From contig CACXGV010000048.1 in the NCBI GenBank assembly GCA_902767375.1, positions 1 through 46,987 of the forward strand: a stretch of DNA of 46,987 nucleotides. The letters are read 5' to 3'. The DNA comes from an uncultured Erysipelotrichaceae bacterium. Its GTDB lineage: Bacteria; Bacillota_I; Bacilli_A; RF39; UBA660. The notes beneath the pieces are model-generated. The model was not told the DNA's origin, made no database searches, and saw nothing but the letters and a program-made list of their open reading frames with translations. A program made the position numbers and the translations under genes. This document shows, piece by piece, positions 18,656 to 27,959 of the stretch (positions within the stretch are counted from its first letter, which is position 1; every line of letters starts with the position of its first letter).

Positions 18656-19874
18656 ATTTTATTTCTTCTAGTTTAATTGATCTATTATGTTTTATTTCTT
18701 CCCATTCAATATTTTGTTTAAAGATACATATTAGGTTAATTGGAAGCCAGCTAAATATAAACAATGGAAATAATAATATTCCTTTCCACAAGCCTCTAAT
18801 TTTCTTTTTTAGTATTATTAAAGTAATGATTGGTACTATCATTTGAATTAGAATGCCAAATATCCAACTTAAGTAATCTTGTTCAATTAAAGGGTTTCCT
18901 ACAGTAAAATTAGCTATTCTAAAAAAGAATAAATTAATAAATACTATAACTTGGGCCATGATACCGCAAAAGTTAAATGCCATATCTAAAAGGGCCATTT
19001 TTCCTTTTTTAAAGAATGATTTAATTAGGGTCAAAAAGTATATTTGCATACATTGAATATTTCCTACAGACCATCTTTTTCTTTGCTTCCAAGATGTTTT
19101 AAAATCTACCGGGTATTCATCATAAGTAATAGCTTTTTCAGCATAGTAAATTCTTTCATTTTTTAGAGCACATTGACCAGCAAATTCCATATCTTCTGTT
19201 AGAGTATAGGTATTAAATCCATCATCGTCAATGATCTCTTTTTTGACCATAAAACCAGTGCCAGTAATTGTTGCATTCGCTTTAAAAGCCATCCTGGAAC
19301 GGCAGAAGAATAAGTTTTGAATATAATAAAATATGGTATAACTACCACTGATCCAGCTATCTGATGGGTTCTTAGAGTCTCTAAAACTAGTAGCAACGCG
19401 GTAGCCATTATTAAGAACATCATTCATATGAGTTAAAAAGTCCTTATGAACAACATTATCAGCATCAAAAATAATATATGCATCAATTTTTTTATTCTTT
19501 TTTAGTTTATCAAATGCAAATGATAAAACGTCAGATTTGGTCTTAACTGGCACCTCGCAATCTATTACTTTAGCGCCATGCTCTAATGCCACTTTTTTAG
19601 TATTATCAGTGGTATTATTAACTATTACATATGGTGTATATAACTCTTTAGGGTAATCTAAATTATTTAAACTATCTATTAGATTTCCTACTACTTGTTC
19701 TTCATTTCTAGCAGGGATTATGATTGCAAAATTATTAGTTTTTTTGGTCTTTTTTAAATCTTTATGTGTTAAAGTTTCAATTATAACTCCGATCGTTCCT
19801 ATTAAAACATAATATGTCCCATATATTAAAGTAATTGCTGAGATGATGCGATATATAATTAAAAATTGTTCCAT
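18654..19874 (-). CDS. Membrane-bound processive glycosyltransferase family 2
   Basis: IPARNEE, FDADN (DxD), LTED, QRKRW (QxxRW), N- and C-terminal TM helices. Confidence 0.9.
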   Translation of the reverse strand: MEQFLIIYRIISAITLIYGTYYVLIGTIGVIIETLTHKDLKKTKKTNNFAIIIPARNEEQVVGNLIDSLNNLDYPKELYTPYVIVNNTTDNTKKVALEHGAKVIDCEVPVKTKSDVLSFAFDKLKKNKKIDAYIIFDADNVVHKDFLTHMNDVLNNGYRVATSFRDSKNPSDSWISGSYTIFYYIQNLFFCRSRMAFKANATITGTGFMVKKEIIDDDGFNTYTLTEDMEFAGQCALKNERIYYAEKAITYDEYPVDFKTSWKQRKRWSVGNIQCMQIYFLTLIKSFFKKGKMALLDMAFNFCGIMAQVIVFINLFFFRIANFTVGNPLIEQDYLSWIFGILIQMIVPIITLIILKKKIRGLWKGILLFPLFIFSWLPINLICIFKQNIEWEEIKHNRSIKLEEIK

Positions 19875-19980
19875 TTTATCATTCCTTTAATTCTTTTGCT
19901 TATTTAACTATATCATTTAAATTAGTAATAATCAAACTAATATAAATAATATTTACATTTTTATAATATCAGTATTTTAT

Positions 19981-20010
19981 AAAAAAGCAATCTAATTTAG
20001 ATTGCTTTTT
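19981..20010 (-). terminator. Intrinsic terminator after pdp
   Basis: AAAAAGCAATCTA-loop-TAGATTGCTTTTT. Confidence 0.8.
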
Positions 20011-20029
20011 GTCTATTAAATTTAACATT

Positions 20030-21250
20030 TTATATGATAGTAAAGAGATTTAAATCTTCAGCAGATAAATCTATATTAACATCGTTAGTATAAATTTCTG
20101 CTAAGACATCTCCTTTTTTTACCCTATCACCTTTGTTTTTTAATAGTTTTACACCTACGCTATAATCTATTTTAGAATCTTTTGTTTGACGTCCTGCGCC
20201 TAATTTAATTGATAATTTGCCACATGCTAATGCACTTATATGAGTTATTTGACCATCTTTAGCACTTCTTAAAGTTAAAACTTTATCACTTACTTTTATT
20301 TTAGATAAATCTCCACCTTGAGTACTTATCCATTTTTCAAATGCTTCGTAAGCCTTACCATTTTTTAATACTTCTTTTGCTAGGATATATCCTGATTCAG
20401 GAAGTAATCCTTTGTAGCTAGCAATTAATGTTGCTGCTACATCTAAAGATACTTTAGTAAGTTTAGTTTCTTTGCCTTTTAAAACTTCTATAGCTTCTAG
20501 TACCTCAAGAGCATTACCAATAGAATTAGATAGAGGTTCATCCATAGGTGTTATTAATGTTTTAACGTTGACATTAAACTTGCGTCCCATTTTAATTAAC
20601 CACTCACTTAAGACTTTAGCATCTTCTTCCGTTTTAATTAAAGCTCCTTCACCACATTTAATATCTATTACGATGAAAGATGCTCCACAAGCTATTTTTT
20701 TGCTCATAATAGATGATACTATTAAGGGGATTGATTCGGTGGTGCCGGTTACATCTCTTAATGCATAAATAACTTTATCCAAAGGAACTAAATTATCTGT
20801 TTGAGCTCCTATTGCAATCCTACATTCTTTAATATTTTTATAATACTCTTCTTTAGTTAAATTAATATTATATCCAGGGATACTTTCTAATTTATCAATT
20901 GTACCTCCGGTAATACCCAATCCTCTACCAGACATCTTTGCTATTGGAATATCTAAAGCAGCTAAAATTGGAGCAATTATAAATGTAACGGTATCACCAA
21001 TTCCACCGGTACTATGCTTATCACATACTTTTTCATCAAAATGATATGTTTCTCCACTTTCAACAAATATTTTAGTTAAGTTGTATGTTTCATAAAAAGA
21101 TAAACCATTAATAGTAATAGCCATTAGTAAAGCAGACATTTGATAATCAGGAATATCTTTATTTAAATAGCCATTAAAAGCATATGATAATTCTTCATAT
21201 GTTAATTCTTTATTTAATCTTTTCTTATTTATGATATCTAATATATTCAT
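20030..21250 (-). CDS. pdp: Pyrimidine-nucleoside (thymidine) phosphorylase
   Basis: DYQMSALLMA, DKHSTGGIGD, KMSGRGLG.TGGTIDKLESIPG, SSIMSKK, LGAGR. Confidence 0.96.
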   Translation of the reverse strand: MNILDIINKKRLNKELTYEELSYAFNGYLNKDIPDYQMSALLMAITINGLSFYETYNLTKIFVESGETYHFDEKVCDKHSTGGIGDTVTFIIAPILAALDIPIAKMSGRGLGITGGTIDKLESIPGYNINLTKEEYYKNIKECRIAIGAQTDNLVPLDKVIYALRDVTGTTESIPLIVSSIMSKKIACGASFIVIDIKCGEGALIKTEEDAKVLSEWLIKMGRKFNVNVKTLITPMDEPLSNSIGNALEVLEAIEVLKGKETKLTKVSLDVAATLIASYKGLLPESGYILAKEVLKNGKAYEAFEKWISTQGGDLSKIKVSDKVLTLRSAKDGQITHISALACGKLSIKLGAGRQTKDSKIDYSVGVKLLKNKGDRVKKGDVLAEIYTNDVNIDLSAEDLNLFTII

Positions 21251-21302
21251 AACTACCTCTTTATTCTATTTAATTATAACCTATTTTGGGAAATATTTAA
21301 AG

Positions 21303-22178
21303 TCATTCTTCCCATGGGTTAACATGAATTACGGTTAAATATACTTCTTTAACTTTTTCATCAATTTCTTTTTCTAAATTATTGGCTATTTCATGGCTTT
21401 TGAAAGTTGACAAATTACCATCTAAATAGATTGTAAAGGAGATATGATATCTAAAACCTACAGGATTTGAATTAAAATGAATTACTTTTTTAATTTCTGG
21501 ATGAGTTTTAATAATATCATATACCTTGTTTTTAATCTCTTCTGGAGCACTTTTATCCATTAGAATATCATAGCTTTCTTTATAGATTTTAACGGCAGTG
21601 ATTAGAATCCAAATACCAATAACGATACCTACCATACTATCAACTATATAAATATTATTCATAGCACATATACAAGAAATTAAGTTTAAACTAGATATTA
21701 AAATATCATTACGATGGTCTTTACAATTAGCTTCTAATAAAAGATTCTTTTGTTTTTGACATATTCTTCTAGTATAAATATATAAAAATAGCTTTATTAA
21801 TATAGTTATAATACAAACTACTATTAAGGATGGAGAAAAAGAAAATTTAGTGTGACGGATTATAGCTAGTATTGAATCCTTTAATACTTTATAGGATGTT
21901 AGCATAATAATAATACTAACTAAAAGAGAATAAATATATTCAGCTTTTCCATGGCCTAGGTTATGATCATCATCAGAAGGCATGCTAGCTATTTTATTAC
22001 CAATATAAGTCATTAGTGAAGAAATAATATCTCCTGCACTGTTAAAAGCATCAGCTGTCATAGCCTCACTGCCAGTTACTATTCCTGATATACCCTTAAT
22101 AATTAAAAGAACTAGGTTCCCAATGATTCCTAAAATACTTGCTGATTTTACTTCTTTATGTCTATTCATTTTTATCAC
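21303..22178 (-). CDS. Cation diffusion facilitator transporter
   Basis: ADAFNS, HNLGHGKAE, DHRND, C-terminal dimerisation domain ending IHVNP. Confidence 0.93.
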   Translation of the reverse strand: MIKMNRHKEVKSASILGIIGNLVLLIIKGISGIVTGSEAMTADAFNSAGDIISSLMTYIGNKIASMPSDDDHNLGHGKAEYIYSLLVSIIIMLTSYKVLKDSILAIIRHTKFSFSPSLIVVCIITILIKLFLYIYTRRICQKQKNLLLEANCKDHRNDILISSLNLISCICAMNNIYIVDSMVGIVIGIWILITAVKIYKESYDILMDKSAPEEIKNKVYDIIKTHPEIKKVIHFNSNPVGFRYHISFTIYLDGNLSTFKSHEIANNLEKEIDEKVKEVYLTVIHVNPWEE

Positions 22179-22204
22179 CTTATTTAATTATACATTTAGA
22201 TATG

Positions 22205-22232
22205 AAAAAAAGAAACTATAATTAGTTTCTTT
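22205..22232 (-). terminator. Intrinsic terminator after rplS
   Basis: AAAGAAACTA-TAAT-TAGTTTCTTT hairpin. Confidence 0.7.
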
Positions 22233-22560
22233 CTTTTGGTTTGTATTCTTTTTCCATCTTGTCGATGAATGTAAGTTTCTTTCTTCTAACAGAACCTTTT
22301 TTAACTACTGTTATTTTATCAATAACTGGTGAGTTAATAGCAAATACTCTTTTTACAATAGCATTTCCGCTTTTCTTTCTTATTGTGATTCTTTTTGATA
22401 CTGAACCACCTCTTACATTAACAACTAAACCTTCAAATGCTTGTATTCTTTCTTTTTTACCTTCTTTAATCCATACGTCTACTCTTACAGTATCTCCAGA
22501 TTGAATGTTAGGCATATCAGGTTTAACTTGTTTTGCATTAATCTTGTCGATTAAATTCAT
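22222..22560 (-). CDS. rplS: 50S ribosomal protein L19
   Basis: GDTVRV, EGKKERIQAFEG, IDKITVVKKGSVRRKKL. Confidence 0.95.
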   Translation of the reverse strand: MNLIDKINAKQVKPDMPNIQSGDTVRVDVWIKEGKKERIQAFEGLVVNVRGGSVSKRITIRKKSGNAIVKRVFAINSPVIDKITVVKKGSVRRKKLTFIDKMEKEYKPKERN

Positions 22561-22564
22561 AAAA

Positions 22565-22637
22565 CGATTCTCCCTTCAATATATATTCCACATTAATCAT
22601 AGATATTCCAGCGGATTAAGGGGCTCTTTAAACGAGC
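22565..22637 (-). promoter_or_regulatory. Structured 5' leader of rplS, L19-leader-like
   Basis: TTAATC/GATTAA stem enclosing CGCTG, between the promoter and the SD. Confidence 0.5.
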
Positions 22638-22643
22638 AAGTAA

Positions 22644-22682
22644 ATTATAACAAATTAAAAAGCCTTTTTCAAGGGCTTTTTA
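22644..22682 (-). promoter_or_regulatory. rplS promoter whose -35 overlaps the upstream terminator hairpin
   Basis: TTGAAA-17 bp-TATAAT with extended TG; hairpin AAAAAGCC...GGCTTTTT. Confidence 0.8.
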
Positions 22683-22699
22683 ACTCTTTTTATTTTAAA

Positions 22700-23098
22700 T
22701 TATCTTGTTCTTCCTTTTGATACAGTTGGTTTTGCAATGCGTTTTTTACGGGATATAGATTTTAATTCATTGGATAAGACATGAATGTTTTTCATAAATT
22801 CATCTTTAGCTTCACTGGATAAATAGTTTTCATAGTTATTTAGATATGTTGAATAAACTCTTGATAATTCATCTAATAAAAATGGTGCAGTATCTGGATC
22901 ACTGTCTTCTTCCATAAAAACTATTATAGTTTTAATTATCTTATTGAATTCTGGATATAGTTTTTCTTTAATAACTAGATCTATTAATAATTGATCATAT
23001 AAAACGATTGTTTTGCGGTTAATCTTTACTTCATAACCAATTAACTCTAGCATAGTATTAGATGAATGTTTAACATTCTTTTTTACTAAGGTATACAT
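22700..23098 (-). CDS. Hypothetical helical protein, 132 aa, coupled to trmD
   Basis: SD GGAGG, starts 1 nt after the trmD stop; basic C-terminal tail KGRTR. Confidence 0.8.
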   Translation of the reverse strand: MYTLVKKNVKHSSNTMLELIGYEVKINRKTIVLYDQLLIDLVIKEKLYPEFNKIIKTIIVFMEEDSDPDTAPFLLDELSRVYSTYLNNYENYLSSEAKDEFMKNIHVLSNELKSISRKKRIAKPTVSKGRTR

Positions 23099-23099
23099 T

Positions 23100-23765
23100 T
23101 TAGTCCTCCATTAAATCTTTTCTTTTTTCCCTAGTTATTCTTATTCTTTCATTTTGGCGATATTCATCTATTTTTTGATGATTACCAGACAAAAGTATTT
23201 CTGGAACTTTCATACCACGATATGCTTCTGGTTTAGTATAAACTGGATAGTCTAATAAATTTTCATTAAAGCTTTCACTATCTAAACTATCTTTATTAAT
23301 AACACCGTCTAGAAGTCTGGTAATACTGTCAGTTATCATCATGGCAGGAAGTTCTCCACCAGTCAGAATAAAATCTCCAATAGAAATTATTTCATCAGCA
23401 AGTGATTTAATTCTTTCGTCAAATCCTTCATAGTGGCCACATATAATAATTAAATGTTTGATTTTAGATAATCTCTTAGCAATAGTTTGATTATAAGTAG
23501 TCCCTTCTGGTGATAAAATTACAATATGTGAATCAGCAGTTTTAATATCATCGATGCAGTCAAAAATAGGCTCACATCTTAAAACCATCCCAGCTCCACC
23601 GCCATAAGGAGTATCATCTACTTGATTGTTAGATAATTTAGAGTATTTTCTAAAATCGATTATTTCTATTTCAACCTTTTTATTTTCAATGGCTCTTTTG
23701 ATGATTGATTCATTTAAGAGACTATCAAACATATGAGGAAATAATGATAAAATACTTATTTTCAT
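23100..23765 (-). CDS. trmD: tRNA (guanine37-N1)-methyltransferase
   Basis: DDTPYGGGAGMVL, CGHYEGFDER, SIGDFILTGGE, DYPVYTKP, LLSGNH. Confidence 0.98.
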   Translation of the reverse strand: MKISILSLFPHMFDSLLNESIIKRAIENKKVEIEIIDFRKYSKLSNNQVDDTPYGGGAGMVLRCEPIFDCIDDIKTADSHIVILSPEGTTYNQTIAKRLSKIKHLIIICGHYEGFDERIKSLADEIISIGDFILTGGELPAMMITDSITRLLDGVINKDSLDSESFNENLLDYPVYTKPEAYRGMKVPEILLSGNHQKIDEYRQNERIRITREKRKDLMED

Positions 23766-24241
23766 ATTATTAACCCCTCCAAATCTTTAGCGTATATGGT
23801 TTTATTTTCTTTATCTATTTTAATTATATAATTACCTTTTAAAGGTATATAAAACCGATTATTTATTTTAATTAATGGATTTATTATGTTGTTATCAAAA
23901 TCAGTTACTTTACCTATTTCTTGATTATTTGAGATTACTTTGTAATCTAGCAATTCACTAATAATATATTCATCCTCTTTAAGATGCAAATCTTCTTCAT
24001 TAAAGAATACATCATACCCTTTTAAGAACTCTATTTGATTAATATCTTTAATATTATTAAGTTCAATCAAATAGTTATGATGATGAAATCTTACATTAGT
24101 TATTATATAATCAGTGTTATTAATATGTAATATACTCCCCTTTTTAAATACTTTTTGAGGCATTTCAAAACGAGTAACTATTTTAAGTTCTCCTTTAATT
24201 CCAAAAGTATTTACAATTTTTCCAACATTTAAAGATTTCAT
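23762..24241 (-). CDS. rimM: Ribosome maturation factor RimM
   Basis: VGKIVNTFGIKGELK, PRC-barrel; directly upstream of trmD. Confidence 0.9.
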   Translation of the reverse strand: MKSLNVGKIVNTFGIKGELKIVTRFEMPQKVFKKGSILHINNTDYIITNVRFHHHNYLIELNNIKDINQIEFLKGYDVFFNEEDLHLKEDEYIISELLDYKVISNNQEIGKVTDFDNNIINPLIKINNRFYIPLKGNYIIKIDKENKTIYAKDLEGLII

Positions 24242-24286
24242 GATTTTATTTTATCATATTTAAATAAAAAATAAACCCTTAGGGAT

Positions 24287-24925
24287 TTATTTTTTGGCTT
24301 TTACAGGTGCATTTGTGGAATTTTGAATTGCAGATAATCTTTGATATACTTCAATTCTTGACCATGGATAGATTTTAGGATAACCACCTAATTTTTCCAT
24401 TTCCCACTTATTAATCATACCTGTATCTAAGTATGAGCTTAGAATTCTCATTAATGATAAATCTTTTTTGAATGTTTCATTAGAAAAACTACTAACTAAT
24501 CCGGATACCATTGCTGGTAAATCAAAAGCTTCTAATCCTTTTTTTATTAATGATATTCTTTCATATAATGCTTTTTGATTTGTTTTATAATCTAAGATTG
24601 TATTAGCAAAATGAATGGTTGATTCGCAAAAATCTTTTACTAGTTTGAAATAAAGATTTATAGCTTCCTCAATTTCCTTATTAACACTCATATCTTCACT
24701 AAATTCATGGCGTGATACTAAATAGTATGGAGGCCATTCAATATCTAGTGGTGTTGTTATAAAGAAATCTTCTACTTCTTCAAGTGGAGTACGTCTGTGA
24801 TATTTATAATACTCAATACTTGAGAAATATAATCCTACAACTTTGCAAATGTATTTCATTGGTAATAGATTGTTTTGTATCTCTTTAGCTTTTTCTACTG
24901 CAGATATTTTGGAATTATTTGGCAT
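24287..24925 (-). CDS. Hypothetical protein, 212 aa
   Basis: ORF with SD AAGGGGG and its own terminator (about 24266-24294); no motif recognised. Confidence 0.75.
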   Translation of the reverse strand: MPNNSKISAVEKAKEIQNNLLPMKYICKVVGLYFSSIEYYKYHRRTPLEEVEDFFITTPLDIEWPPYYLVSRHEFSEDMSVNKEIEEAINLYFKLVKDFCESTIHFANTILDYKTNQKALYERISLIKKGLEAFDLPAMVSGLVSSFSNETFKKDLSLMRILSSYLDTGMINKWEMEKLGGYPKIYPWSRIEVYQRLSAIQNSTNAPVKAKK

Positions 24926-24988
24926 AAAATTTTCCCCCTTTGTTTATGACAAGTTAATACTATAACATATTATTTAATAATTGAAAAG

Positions 24989-25015
24989 AAAAATAGATAA
25001 TTATTTATCTATTTT
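24989..25015 (-). terminator. Intrinsic terminator of the der operon
   Basis: AAAATAGATAA-TTAT-TTATCTATTTT. Confidence 0.65.
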
Positions 25016-25657
25016 AATATTTTGATAATTATCTATTACTAGATAATCAAATTCATTTTTAAATTCATCATATTTCATTTGATTATTTAATGAATATGCA
25101 ATTATTGGTTTATTATCTTCTCTTAATTTCTTTAAATAGATAGCATCATAATAATCAACATCATAACTATAATAGTCAGTTTTAATCATGAAGTTTAGTA
25201 GAGAAAACTTTCTTTTTTTAGTTAAAATCTCTCCTACTTTTAGATTAGAATGATTTCTATTTATCTCGTGAATTACTTTAGGATTAGATAATAGCATAAA
25301 ACTACTTTTATACTCATTTAACATTTTGTAGATATCTTTATTCTTTGAATTCATTTTTAAATCTAATATAATATCTACTTTATTTTCAGTTAGTCTTAGT
25401 ACTTCTTCTAGTAAAGGGATATGATAGAAAGAAATGTATGATAAATCTTCATAAGTCATATCGCTAATTTTATCTTTAATATTTTGAAGTCTAGATAAAT
25501 TACCATCTTCATAGATTATTAGTACGTGGTCTTTAGTTTCTCTTACTGTTAGGTATAGTCCTTGTTTGGCTATAATTGCTTTTTTTATTGATTCTAAGGT
25601 ATTTTCAAAGATGTTTTTATTATCATAAATACCTTTATTAATATATATTTTATTCAT
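25001..25657 (-). CDS. Glycerophosphodiester phosphodiesterase-like protein with degenerate active site
   Basis: ENTLES, TKD, L.R and P.LEEVL GDPD framework; HRG replaced by NKG and HD by ED. Confidence 0.75.
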   Translation of the reverse strand: MNKIYINKGIYDNKNIFENTLESIKKAIIAKQGLYLTVRETKDHVLIIYEDGNLSRLQNIKDKISDMTYEDLSYISFYHIPLLEEVLRLTENKVDIILDLKMNSKNKDIYKMLNEYKSSFMLLSNPKVIHEINRNHSNLKVGEILTKKRKFSLLNFMIKTDYYSYDVDYYDAIYLKKLREDNKPIIAYSLNNQMKYDEFKNEFDYLVIDNYQNIKIDK

Positions 25658-26378
25658 AATTATCCTCGTTTAGGGTATACATTAAAATACTTGCAGATAC
25701 TCCGGCATTTAAGCTTTCACAATTCTTATTCATTTTAATGTATAAATTTTTGTCTGTTAATTTTTTGATTTCTTCACTCATGCCAATTGCTTCTGAGCCA
25801 ATAATAAGAGCGTGAGGTTTTAGTTCTTTGGTTGGTTTATGACCATTTATTACATCGGTTCCATAAATTAAATATCCTTTATTTTTTAACTCTGTAATAA
25901 AACTTGGTAGATTTCCAGTTAAGATATTTATGTTAAATAGCATTCCTTCAGTAGCACGAACTACTTTAGGATTGTATATATCTACTGAATTAGAACTTAA
26001 GATGATAGTTTCATAATTAAAAGCTACAGCAGATCTAATGATTGTTCCTAAGTTACCAGGATCTTTTATATCATCTAAGATGATAGTGTTACCTTTAATA
26101 TTAGTATTTTCTTTCATATGACAGATGGCTAAAACTATAGGAGCATTAGATAAATCTGATACTTTTTTTAGAATATCTTCAGTAACGTATGTTACATCCG
26201 AATTATATGTATTTTCCTCCCCTTGCAATAGTAATATTTCTTTGACAAGATTGGATTTAATTGCTTCTTCTACTAAGTGTTTTCCTGGAGCAATAAATAG
26301 TTTATTTTCGTAGCGATATTTTTTATCATTTAGTTTAGCATATAGTTTAATTTTTTCATTATTAAGTGATTCTATCAT
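25650..26378 (-). CDS. TrmH/SpoU family RNA methyltransferase
   Basis: DPGNLGTIIRSA, IIGSEAIG, ESLNAGVSASI. Confidence 0.93.
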   Translation of the reverse strand: MIESLNNEKIKLYAKLNDKKYRYENKLFIAPGKHLVEEAIKSNLVKEILLLQGEENTYNSDVTYVTEDILKKVSDLSNAPIVLAICHMKENTNIKGNTIILDDIKDPGNLGTIIRSAVAFNYETIILSSNSVDIYNPKVVRATEGMLFNINILTGNLPSFITELKNKGYLIYGTDVINGHKPTKELKPHALIIGSEAIGMSEEIKKLTDKNLYIKMNKNCESLNAGVSASILMYTLNEDNYE

Positions 26379-27022
26379 TAGTAGTTAAGCTCCTTTCTTG
26401 CTTGTTTATAATATGGATAATGAAGGGATACTTCTTTCCAGAATGATGAACTATGGTTCATATGTTTAAAATGACATAGTTCATGGACAATTACATAATC
26501 AATTAAATGAATGTCTTTTTCGATTAAATATGTATTTAAAGTTACAGACATGCTTTTAATGTTGCATACTCCCCATTTTGAAGTCATTTTACGTACTTTT
26601 AGTTTAAAACTTGGTAAATTATTAAAACTTTCTTTAACTTGCTCTAGACGGGCCCAAAATACGTCATATGCCTCAGAGTAAATATAATCTTTGGCAGATT
26701 TAATGTCTTTAGCATAAATACAATCATTACTTATGTATGGTTTATTATTGGATATAATTAGTTCAAGTTTATTTCCAAGAAAATAAATATCGTTATCTTT
26801 AGATAGTTTTTCTACCTCTCTTTTATACATTTTTATGATAGAAGCAGCATTATCTTTTAGGAGTGATTCAATATAATTAACTGAAACTCTAGGGTTAGCA
26901 GTTACATATATTTTTAAGTCATCTTTTACTCTAAAATAAATGTTTTTGATTTTTTTATAATTTATTATATAAGTAAAATTTTGATTATTAATTTGAATAT
27001 TATTTTCCACTATAGATTTCAT
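26378..27022 (-). CDS. YgjP/DUF45-like M48-type zinc-dependent protein
   Basis: MTSKWGVC, IDYVIVHELCH (HExxH), NHSSSFW. Confidence 0.9.
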   Translation of the reverse strand: MKSIVENNIQINNQNFTYIINYKKIKNIYFRVKDDLKIYVTANPRVSVNYIESLLKDNAASIIKMYKREVEKLSKDNDIYFLGNKLELIISNNKPYISNDCIYAKDIKSAKDYIYSEAYDVFWARLEQVKESFNNLPSFKLKVRKMTSKWGVCNIKSMSVTLNTYLIEKDIHLIDYVIVHELCHFKHMNHSSSFWKEVSLHYPYYKQARKELNY

Positions 27023-27959
27023 ACCACTCTTTTAGTTTAGCTAAGCCTTTGTTTCCAAGTTTTTTTATAAATTCCCAGGTTACACCATAATCTTTTTTCA
27101 TTTCGGCAAAATCTTGTTTAGCTTGAGCACAAACGTTATCATGATTAGCACAGTACTCAGCTGTCTTATCTAAATAGAATTCAACTAATTTACCTTTTAT
27201 ATTTTGATATTTATTATTTAAGTTTTCTTTATAATTAGGAAAATATTTATCAGCTAAGGTATCTAGTTTTAATGTTAGTTTAATAACCGTTAGTTTAGCT
27301 TTATTAGTTAATTCTTTAAAGTATACTCCTTTTATTGGTTTATCATAGAAAATAAAATCTACAACATCTGTAAAGTATTCTTTGACATTTTCTTTAAATG
27401 ATTTATTATTTTTATTTAATTCAATGTTACTAATCTTTTCATTTAAGTTATTAATAACTATATCGTCTTTACTAAGTGTAGTTTGAATCTTGGTTGTAGT
27501 TTTTGCTGTGGTAGTTGTTGGGGTAGTTTTAGTAGTTGTAGTTTTTGTTGTGGTTGTATTATTGTTTCTATTATCTTCAGTAATATGAATACTTTCTTCT
27601 GGTGCTTTAGTAGTTGTGGTAGTAGTAGATGAATTAGAAGTATTTAATACATATTCGTATTCCTTAACATTAATCTTTGGTGGATAAGTTTCTCTAAAAG
27701 ATCCATCAGTTTTAATTCTTATAATGTCTCCTTCTGATAGATCGCCAACATTTATTTCCATGATTGGATAATCTTTTGAAATATTATTATTTTGGTAAGG
27801 TTCTACTAAAGAAAATCCATTATATGATTCTTGGACTTTTACTAAAAATTCTTTTTCTACTGTTTTGTGAGTTAATAGATAAACTATTACTCCGAGTAAT
27901 AATAAAATAATAACAGAAAGGATTATTAATCCTTTTTTCTCTTTACTCATCTTTTTCAC
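27000..27959 (-). CDS. Membrane-anchored protein: DUF3221-like domain, Thr-rich linker, helical C-domain
   Basis: Single N-terminal TM; GDII.I...G.FRETYPPKI motif; long Thr runs. Confidence 0.65.
   Translation of the reverse strand: MKKMSKEKKGLIILSVIILLLLGVIVYLLTHKTVEKEFLVKVQESYNGFSLVEPYQNNNISKDYPIMEINVGDLSEGDIIRIKTDGSFRETYPPKINVKEYEYVLNTSNSSTTTTTTKAPEESIHITEDNRNNNTTTTKTTTTKTTPTTTTAKTTTKIQTTLSKDDIVINNLNEKISNIELNKNNKSFKENVKEYFTDVVDFIFYDKPIKGVYFKELTNKAKLTVIKLTLKLDTLADKYFPNYKENLNNKYQNIKGKLVEFYLDKTAEYCANHDNVCAQAKQDFAEMKKDYGVTWEFIKKLGNKGLAKLKEWYEIYSGK

Noticed and set aside
27480-27630. Phase-variable simple repeats in Thr-rich linkers (also 32155-32180)
   Set aside because: Thr codons are mixed (ACA/ACT/ACC), so these are not pure microsatellites, and any length change would stay in frame.
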